Shown here in pieces: positions 57,891 to 64,000 of a stretch of 64,000 nucleotides of DNA. A program made the translations under genes and the position numbers. Origin of the DNA: a virus (taxonomy: Duplodnaviria; Caudoviricetes). The notes below the pieces were generated by a model. It saw only the letters and a list, made by a program, of their open reading frames with translations. It was not told where the DNA came from and did not search any database. Each line of letters starts with the position of its first letter. Positions within the stretch are counted from its first letter, which is position 1. The stretch lies in IMG/VR virus record IMGVR_UViG_3300035214_000144, positions 5,309-69,308 of that record; one strand, written 5' to 3'.

Positions 57891-59159
57891 TTAAGAATTA
57901 CTAGGATAAAGCCAATTGTATAACTCTAAGTTAACGTTTTTTAGTGATTGATTACGCAATTTATCCAATCCTTCTGTTATTTTTCTAAACTTAATTTGGT
58001 CTGGAATATTAGTTAATAGGTTTTGTTTTTCAGGATTAGTATACGTTTGACAAGATATTTTAAGGTCTTTATTTTTTAATTTAGATACTTTTTTATTAAC
58101 AATTGCTAGTTGTGTTTTGGTTAATATTCTTCTAGGGTCTAGGTGATTACCTATGACCATTGTTGATATTACTCTAAGCTTATTCTTTGTTACCCATTTA
58201 TCAAATTGATCAATTTGATTTATATTCCAAGCATTAAGAGTTGAGTGCATTACAACTTCTACATTTTTATTTTCTTTTGCAAACGTTTTCCATTTCTTTA
58301 CAATAGTTTCATATTTTTTCCAATCTAATCCGTTCCTAATGTATTCTGCTAGTTTGCCTATACTTTCATTACTAATTCGTAATTCTAATTTTTTAAGTTG
58401 TTTTAAGTGATTTAATATATTTTGTTTTGGAAATACACTACCATTAGTATTAATACTCATTGTTATATTTTTTAAATTAGATCTTTTTGATAAATCATCT
58501 AAGAACTTATCTAATACCCTAACCATAAAAGGTTCTCCACCTTTTAATAAAACATATTGTAATTGAGATATATCAGTATTTTTTATATTTTTTAATACTT
58601 CTATTTCTCTTTTTGTTGTTTCAGAGATTGGTACATTATTACTTGCATTTTTTAATTTCTTCTCATCCGACAATTCAAACAGAAATATGTTCTTTTTCTT
58701 TGCTTTAATAATCTCTTTATTCCATTCAGAACTAGATACTGGCCCGCAATACCTACAACTAAAATTACATAAGTTAGAAAATGATATGTCTAAAGCATTA
58801 AGTTGTCCTGGCTTTGTTGGTGTAAATCTTTGTTTAGCTCTTAAACGCAAACTAGCTTCATCATCATTAACCCAATATTCTTCATCTCTTTTACATTGTT
58901 TACAAGCTGAATCTTTTAACTTACTGTAATTAATTTTATTAGCATTCTCGGTAGTGAAGTTTAACCAATTTTGAATTATACTATTTGTAGTGTTTTTTAC
59001 TTTTAATGATCTTAAAGATTTCGTGTTAAGAATATTTTTTGGACTAGAATTACAACAAGGTGCTATTATTATGTCTTTATTATATGGTGTAACAAATACT
59101 GCATTGGAATAATATGCACAGCCGGATCTTTGCAAATAGTATTTTAAGGGTTTCATCAT
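57891..59159 (-). CDS. Radical SAM enzyme with N-terminal twitch/SPASM-like region (#5, most divergent)
   Basis: SGCAYY...IAPCC...ACKQCK; CNFSCRYC; GGEP. Confidence 0.88.
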   Translation of the reverse strand: MMKPLKYYLQRSGCAYYSNAVFVTPYNKDIIIAPCCNSSPKNILNTKSLRSLKVKNTTNSIIQNWLNFTTENANKINYSKLKDSACKQCKRDEEYWVNDDEASLRLRAKQRFTPTKPGQLNALDISFSNLCNFSCRYCGPVSSSEWNKEIIKAKKKNIFLFELSDEKKLKNASNNVPISETTKREIEVLKNIKNTDISQLQYVLLKGGEPFMVRVLDKFLDDLSKRSNLKNITMSINTNGSVFPKQNILNHLKQLKKLELRISNESIGKLAEYIRNGLDWKKYETIVKKWKTFAKENKNVEVVMHSTLNAWNINQIDQFDKWVTKNKLRVISTMVIGNHLDPRRILTKTQLAIVNKKVSKLKNKDLKISCQTYTNPEKQNLLTNIPDQIKFRKITEGLDKLRNQSLKNVNLELYNWLYPSNS

Positions 59160-60118
59160 AGTAGTATTTAATGTATGTGCTATTTTATATTTTTTGTGTA
59201 TGCGTTTTTTATTTTTTTGCTGTATGCGTCCAATTTTTTTTTACTAACGTATGTGCGTCGCGATATTTTTATAAACTATGTGTATGTGCTATATTTTAAT
59301 ACAGATGTATTAGTTATACAATTTTTGTATGCGAATGATTTTTAAAGGTATTCTACTACCACTTAATAGTACTGTAGAGCCTTTCGCTTTCGCTCTAGGG
59401 ACAATTCACCGTTCTAACAGTAACTAAAGGTGCTTTTACCCTAATTAAACATCTAAACGCAACCTCTCTTATAAGTACTATTACAACGTGTTGAAGTTCC
59501 TTACATTGATATTACGATAGCTACTTTTCACAACTTATGATATACATAGTCCTTTTGGCCTTAATAGTTACTATAATAATATACCATAAAACGCATTAAG
59601 ACTATTCGCTTCGCTCAACTATTGACTTACCCGAGACGCATCTACATTATTACAATATCCGTATGCTCTTAGGTCCTTTTATAATACAATGGTAGGTTCG
59701 TTGTAATTACCGCCTTTTAACGTGCATATCCTTCACGTACAACGTCATTACCATATTCCATAGTATCAAAGTACATCTAGTTTATTAAAGTACGTTTTAA
59801 CTGTTTATATACATCTATGTTCTTTTTGCATACCAAACTATACTAATACCACATAGCTATTCCAAACCTCATATACTAACCCACATTTTTTTTATTGCGT
59901 AGTTTTTCAACAAACCAACTTTCCTTACGTCAGTTAGTTTAATAAGCTTCGCTTATACTTCATTGCAATATAACTATGCAAAACCTCGCCGCCTACTATA
60001 ATAGCCCACTTTTTAATTTGCAATCGCTAGCCCCGTTTCAAGGTTTCCATTCTGAGGCTGTATCACACGGTCGGGGTGAAAATTATTTTCTGAAAAGTTT
60101 TTTGGAAATGTTTTCTAA
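59160..60118. other. ~960-bp non-coding tract (candidate origin / packaging site / ncRNA)
   Basis: No ORF of 60 aa or more in either strand, the only such gap in an otherwise dense window; contains the repeats and three mini-hairpins. Confidence 0.55.
59172..59333. repeat. Iteron-like array of GTATG(T/C)G separated by T-tracts
   Basis: Six copies starting at 59173, 59198, 59222, 59249, 59282 and 59327; non-coding. Confidence 0.75.
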
Positions 60119-60238
60119 TTAGATAGTGGTGCAGGCAAGTAAGCCACCCACTATAGCAAGTAGGACGAATATTAGTATCCAGGTAGCTATGTAACCTGTA
60201 TAGTACCCGAATACTAATGATAATATCTTCTTAATCAA
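60119..60238 (-). CDS. Small membrane peptide (39 aa, TTG start), not in ORF track
   Basis: (M)IKKILSLVFGYYTGYIATWILIFVLLAIVGGLLACTTI; TTGA overlap with the upstream stop. Confidence 0.45.
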   Translation of the reverse strand: MIKKILSLVFGYYTGYIATWILIFVLLAIVGGLLACTTI

Positions 60239-60519
60239 TCTAACAACACCATATATTCTTTAGCATAGTATTGTCTAAACCAGTCACAGCCCTTACGAAC
60301 TGTATCCCATAGCTTATGTCCACCGTCTGTAGGACTAACCTTTTCAGCTAATAATTGAGCTCCCATTATGTTATCGTACACAGCTACAGCATCTGGCTGA
60401 AGCTCTATAGACTCTCCACTAAAAGGATTCTTAATTGTTTCGGGAGCATCTAACACTACACATTGAAATGGTAATGGATGTCCTCCTGGTTTGTCGCCTT
60501 TGTTATATGTTTTTGACAT
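60235..60519 (-). CDS. Early-type phage hypothetical protein (start moved to MSKTY)
   Basis: GAGAGG SD and promoter P4 upstream; KNPFSGESIEL...EYMVLLD. Confidence 0.75.
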   Translation of the reverse strand: MSKTYNKGDKPGGHPLPFQCVVLDAPETIKNPFSGESIELQPDAVAVYDNIMGAQLLAEKVSPTDGGHKLWDTVRKGCDWFRQYYAKEYMVLLD

Positions 60520-60538
60520 TAATGTCCTCTCTGTTATA

Positions 60539-60573
60539 TGTATATAATAGCATTGATCTACTATCTGTCTACC
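60539..60573 (-). promoter_or_regulatory. Early promoter family, copy P4
   Basis: GGTAGACAGATAGTAGATCAATGCTATTATATACA. Confidence 0.7.
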
Positions 60574-60670
60574 GCTTATTAGTATATAGATATAGCTAGA
60601 TCGCTCCATATTAGAGCTAGATATAGCGTCGTCATTACTGCCATAAATGCTTTAAAAGGTAGGTCGTTCT

Positions 60671-60874
60671 TCATACAGACTCCCTTGCTATTACTTCATA
60701 ATTGACTCTACTAGGTAAAGTCTTTACAAAGCTCTTAAGTTCGTCAGTACCATATAGTTCTCCCATTAGTTCTATTCGAGAATAGTTAACTAACTTAACA
60801 ACCTTGTACATTCTTTGCTTTGGATTGCCTGTAAGGCTTACGTCTTTTAGTATTATCTTCTGTGACATTTGCAC
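60671..60874 (-). CDS. Hypothetical protein
   Basis: 67 aa; AGGAG SD. Confidence 0.7.
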   Translation of the reverse strand: MQMSQKIILKDVSLTGNPKQRMYKVVKLVNYSRIELMGELYGTDELKSFVKTLPSRVNYEVIARESV

Positions 60875-60886
60875 ATTCTCCTATTG

Positions 60887-61096
60887 TTATTTGACTGTTA
60901 ATATTAAGTCGTCTTTCATTTGTACTTCAGCAAAGAACTCTCTAGTTCCGTTGCCGGTTACAGAAGGTCTATTGCTACCTGCAAACCTTCCATTGCTTTT
61001 ATACTCAGGGCCGAACATACTTGTTTCCGTATAGTTAAGGGGCGCCCCGATTGCCCCTTTTAATTGCTTTTTAGATTCGTAGTTAAGTATCATCAT
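60887..61096 (-). CDS. Conserved-looking phage hypothetical protein
   Basis: YESKKQLK..IG..LNYTETSMFGPEY...NRP...REFFAEV; GAGG SD. Confidence 0.75.
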   Translation of the reverse strand: MMILNYESKKQLKGAIGAPLNYTETSMFGPEYKSNGRFAGSNRPSVTGNGTREFFAEVQMKDDLILTVK

Positions 61097-61107
61097 ATTG
61101 CTTACCT

Positions 61108-61494
61108 CTATCTTAAGTATTCAGGACCAGTCCAACTAACTTTGTAAGGTTTGTTGAATATGTTTCCTCTTGGTTTATTAAGTGCTGGAGCATTCCATCC
61201 TGCGGCTTTAAGTATATCGCCTCTTTTAAAATGCTTGTAGTCGTGCTTCATAATAAAGCCCCATACTCTTCTACTACCGTTTCTTTCTACTTGAACTATT
61301 TTAATAAACTTACGTCTATCATTATCAAGAATTCTAAAGCCTTCATTAAACTCTTTAATCATATTAAGGTCAACTTCAGTCTTTTCTCTACCGTGTCCAG
61401 TCCATTTAAAGTAGTCGTCTTTAGCCATTTGTATTACATCGTTAATGGCTTCTTCCATTGTAGGTTCTACTATTATTGTTGTATTTGTTTGCAT
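61108..61494 (-). CDS. Conserved-looking early phage protein
   Basis: GDILKAAGWNAPALNKPRGNIF...WTGPEYLR; GAGAGG SD. Confidence 0.75.
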   Translation of the reverse strand: MQTNTTIIVEPTMEEAINDVIQMAKDDYFKWTGHGREKTEVDLNMIKEFNEGFRILDNDRRKFIKIVQVERNGSRRVWGFIMKHDYKHFKRGDILKAAGWNAPALNKPRGNIFNKPYKVSWTGPEYLR

Positions 61495-61511
61495 TGTACC
61501 TCTCTGTTATT

Positions 61512-61546
61512 GTTTAATAATAGCATAGATCACCGATCTGTCAACC
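61512..61546 (-). promoter_or_regulatory. Early promoter family, copy P1
   Basis: GGTTGACAGATCGGTGATCTATGCTATTATTAAAC. Confidence 0.75.
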
Positions 61547-61547
61547 A

Positions 61548-61583
61548 CAAAAAAAGGGCGGATTTTGGTTATTATTCCGCCCT
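61548..61583 (-). terminator. Intrinsic terminator
   Basis: AGGGCGGA / TCCGCCCT stem followed by a T-tract on the minus strand, immediately upstream of P1. Confidence 0.8.
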
Positions 61584-61605
61584 AAGGTTGCAAGTTTTAG
61601 GTTGT

Positions 61606-62163
61606 TTATAAAACTGGTTGTGCTATAAGGTTTATAGTAATAGGATCTCCTACAACGAATGCTCTGTTGCTACGAGATTTACCACTAAATCCTTCTGCTT
61701 CCCAAGATACTATATAATATGATAGCACCGATTCTACGGCAGTAGTGTAAGTCGTGTTGCATACATTAACTCTTTTGTATCCAACAATTTGACCTTTGCT
61801 TGAATTCTTACCTACTTGCGAACCGATAACTGCGCCTGTACCAATTGCTATATCTTTACCTGTACCGCTTCCAACTTTACTTCCAATTACTCCACCGATA
61901 ATAGCACCAAGAATCTGTCCTCCAGATAATTGACCATTGTCAGTTTGTGAGTAAATAGGAACTTCTTGGATCGTACAAGTTTCTATTGGTGTATGTATGT
62001 TCTTTGAAACATAATACGGCTCAACTGCTATCACAGAACCTTGGATTTGTTTATACTCAGACGCATTTGCTTTTTGCGTTAGAGCAAAACCTAATGAAGC
62101 TATGAATAGAGTAGCAACGATCATATACTTGATGAAGCTATCTAGTTCTAAGAATTTTTTCAT
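61606..62163 (-). CDS. Glycine-zipper 2TM domain protein (YcfJ-like)
   Basis: GQILGAIIGGVIGSKVGSGTGKDIAIGTGAVIGSQVG flanked by a Cys pair; start moved to MKKFL behind GGGAGG. Confidence 0.85.
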   Translation of the reverse strand: MKKFLELDSFIKYMIVATLFIASLGFALTQKANASEYKQIQGSVIAVEPYYVSKNIHTPIETCTIQEVPIYSQTDNGQLSGGQILGAIIGGVIGSKVGSGTGKDIAIGTGAVIGSQVGKNSSKGQIVGYKRVNVCNTTYTTAVESVLSYYIVSWEAEGFSGKSRSNRAFVVGDPITINLIAQPVL

Positions 62164-62191
62164 TAATCCTCCCTTTCTTCTGTTAAACATA

Positions 62192-62226
62192 AGTTAATAA
62201 TAACACAGATCGGGTTTTCGTCAACC
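62192..62226 (-). promoter_or_regulatory. Early promoter family, copy P2
   Basis: GGTTGACGAAAACCCGATCTGTGTTATTATTAACT. Confidence 0.75.
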
Positions 62227-62251
62227 AATTTGTTTGCTATATAAATTGGCA

Positions 62252-62449
62252 TTATTGTACCCATTCCCCTGTGCCTTTTTTACAATAATAGGCACCTACT
62301 GCCTTGTTGTTAAAGGTTATTGCCGTGTCTGATTGTTGTACTACTTGCTCAAATGCTTTACTGCAACTGGCGTACTTCATTGCTAGGCTTACTGGCACCT
62401 TAGCTACTTCGCCATTTACTAACTGCATTATAATCAAGAATACTTGCAT
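62252..62449 (-). CDS. Hypothetical protein (65 aa; start moved to MQVFL)
   Basis: TGATG overlap with the upstream 39-aa ORF explains the apparent 90-aa extension. Confidence 0.6.
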   Translation of the reverse strand: MQVFLIIMQLVNGEVAKVPVSLAMKYASCSKAFEQVVQQSDTAITFNNKAVGAYYCKKGTGEWVQ

Positions 62450-62568
62450 CAGCCACCCCAACCAAATGCTGAACCGAATAAGATTAATAGAAGCATCGTT
62501 GGTACTACTATTGTCATCGGCCAAAAGTCTAATAACTCTAATATCAATTTCTTTGTTTTCTTTTTCAT
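62449..62568 (-). CDS. Small membrane peptide (39 aa), not in ORF track
   Basis: MKKKTKKLILELLDFWPMTIVVPTMLLLILFGSAFGWVG; ATGA overlap and AAGGA SD. Confidence 0.65.
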   Translation of the reverse strand: MKKKTKKLILELLDFWPMTIVVPTMLLLILFGSAFGWGG

Positions 62569-63677
62569 TTATCCTTCTTTAATAGTTTGATTAATTTATC
62601 TTCTGTTTTTGCTACTGCCATTGCATCGAACCAAACCTGCATATTCTCTGCTAGTGCAGGATGAGTAGCGGCTAGATTTGCATTAGTATATAAACCAAAA
62701 CGCAATCTACATTTCTTTCCTATCTTCTTATTGTCTGCAGAGTTGTTATTGTCATAACCTGTTGGACCTTTGTAGTCCCATTTCTTTTCACCGTCTATCC
62801 AAATAGTTAATTGACCTTTATTAGGATCCATACTATTGTGATAATAAATTCTAACATTGGTCCATTCCATTGAACCGTGTCTTTCGTTTGTTGTTAATTT
62901 CTTTAATGTATGATAGTTGCCACCGTAGTTAGCCATCTTGAACCAACCGTTCTCGTTGTGCGTCCATCTGTAATTGTGTTCTAATACTAAATTGCCACCT
63001 ACAAATTTAATCATCCAAGTAATAGGAGACTCGCCCGGGTGACATTGACTTACTGTGAATCTTCTTGACCAATCTTCAAATAAAACATTGTTCGCAGGTA
63101 GTATTGCAAAGTTAATCCATTTTTCTGTTCCTTCAGTAAATGTCCACTCTTTATCATCTCTAACTTCTACTCTAGTAGAACCATTGTCTTGTTTGCAATC
63201 ACTAAACCATTTTGTAGCAACACATTCTGACAAGTCCGCTGTCACACTATAAAAAGTATTACCGCTATAAGCAAATTCATTTGCTCCTTTAACTTCTGCT
63301 TGTGAACCATCGCTTCTCCAAGACTCCATAGTATCTTTTTCAGTAAAGCCTTTGAAGTTAAGTTTCTTAGGTTTAAGTTTAATGTCGTGTCCAATTATTT
63401 CTTCTATTAAGTGTTCGTATCTGTCTTTATTCTTTTCTGTATGATAATTTCCTGCCCAAACTTTGTGTTCGTGTATAACCTTTGTATCACACATACCAGA
63501 AGTCTTACCACCGTAAGTCTCGTCTATTTGATAACAAGTTCCGCCACCTTTACTATCAGCCCATTCATCTGAACCAGGACTCGCGGCATCTGACTTACTG
63601 CAGAATGCTAGTAATATAAGGATTACAAATAGTGCTATTCCGATTGGTTTTGTTATGTCTGTTTTTTTGTTTTGCAT
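62565..63677 (-). CDS. Exported polysaccharide-lyase-like (beta-jelly-roll) protein
   Basis: N-terminal signal/TM ending LAFC; RVEVRD, EKWINFAI, VSQCH, WTNVRIYY...GQLTIWIDGEKKWDYKGPTGY...LRFGLY. Confidence 0.6.
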   Translation of the reverse strand: MQNKKTDITKPIGIALFVILILLAFCSKSDAASPGSDEWADSKGGGTCYQIDETYGGKTSGMCDTKVIHEHKVWAGNYHTEKNKDRYEHLIEEIIGHDIKLKPKKLNFKGFTEKDTMESWRSDGSQAEVKGANEFAYSGNTFYSVTADLSECVATKWFSDCKQDNGSTRVEVRDDKEWTFTEGTEKWINFAILPANNVLFEDWSRRFTVSQCHPGESPITWMIKFVGGNLVLEHNYRWTHNENGWFKMANYGGNYHTLKKLTTNERHGSMEWTNVRIYYHNSMDPNKGQLTIWIDGEKKWDYKGPTGYDNNNSADNKKIGKKCRLRFGLYTNANLAATHPALAENMQVWFDAMAVAKTEDKLIKLLKKDK

Positions 63678-63694
63678 AAGTCTCTCTCTTTATA

Positions 63695-63729
63695 CTATTA
63701 TAATAGCATAAATCAGTTATCCGTCAACC
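63695..63729 (-). promoter_or_regulatory. Early promoter family, copy P3
   Basis: GGTTGACGGATAACTGATTTATGCTATTATAATAG. Confidence 0.75.
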
Positions 63730-63899
63730 TTGGATTTATCGCTTATTTGCTTGTTTAATTCAACTATTCTTGCGTATAAGTTGTATTTCTCTTTAACTTC
63801 TTCTGCTATTTGTAGTTTAAGAGCTTTAACTTGACCACGCAATTCAAGTGTTTCTTCTACCCAATAATCAAGGTTTAAAGCCTTATCACCTTCAGTCAT
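63717..63899 (-). CDS. Small coiled-coil hypothetical protein
   Basis: 60 aa; AAGGAG SD. Confidence 0.7.
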   Translation of the reverse strand: MTEGDKALNLDYWVEETLELRGQVKALKLQIAEEVKEKYNLYARIVELNKQISDKSKVDG

Positions 63900-64000
63900 C
63901 GTTCTTCTCCTTTATTTTAGATTTAAACCATCGTAATAGGTCTAGTCTATAAGCTATAAAGCCACCTAGACCTATACATAGAATCATTAATAATAACATA

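Noticed and set aside
59172-59333. CRISPR mini-array interpretation of the repeats
   Set aside because: Repeats are only 7-14 nt with irregular, T-rich, non-unique spacers, and there are no cas genes.
60123-60218. Two neat stem-loops (ATAGTGG/CCACTAT; ATTAGTAT/ATACTAAT) suggesting a tRNA or riboswitch
   Set aside because: No cloverleaf or T-loop consensus, and the stretch is fully explained by a 39-aa hydrophobic ORF overlapping the upstream stop.
61044-61053. GC palindrome GGGGCGCCCC
   Set aside because: Lies within a coding region (GAP codons) with no U-tract.

Overview
AT-rich 64-kb segment of a large lytic myophage with a T4-superfamily (jumbo-type) baseplate module. I saw no host core genes, rRNA, tRNA, integrase or CRISPR array. 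All family assignments come from motif recognition in the translations, not from database searches. (1) 1-28.8 kb, + strand: virion operon with a hub-like protein (5'-truncated), gp5/VgrG-like spike, gp25, gp6, a 4153-aa giant wedge-like protein and fibre/structural genes. It is interrupted at 4.7-7.1 kb by a minus-strand island with ClpP and an unannotated 54-aa histone-H1-like gene. (2) 28.9-54.9 kb: enzyme locus with 3 GT-A-like proteins, 5 GT10-like paralogs, 4 SGNH-like paralogs, 4 N-terminal-twitch radical SAM enzymes (a fifth at 57.9-59.2 kb), sulfotransferase, RpiB, amidinotransferase, GNAT-like, SET-domain, Pcm and NadA. (3) 54.9-59.2 kb, - strand: GH73-like hydrolase, NadE and small genes. 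(4) 59.16-60.12 kb: a ~960-bp non-coding tract with an iteron-like array and three same-strand GCGA(A)AGC mini-hairpins. (5) 60.1-64 kb: leftward early-type genes behind four copies of a conserved promoter. DUF2093, DUF1289 and the NadA/NadE style suggest a marine alphaproteobacterial (SAR11-like) host. Strongest leads: the multi-paralog glycan-tailoring locus, the nadA+nadE de novo NAD pair, H1-like proteins with SET/GNAT enzymes, and the candidate origin/packaging element.
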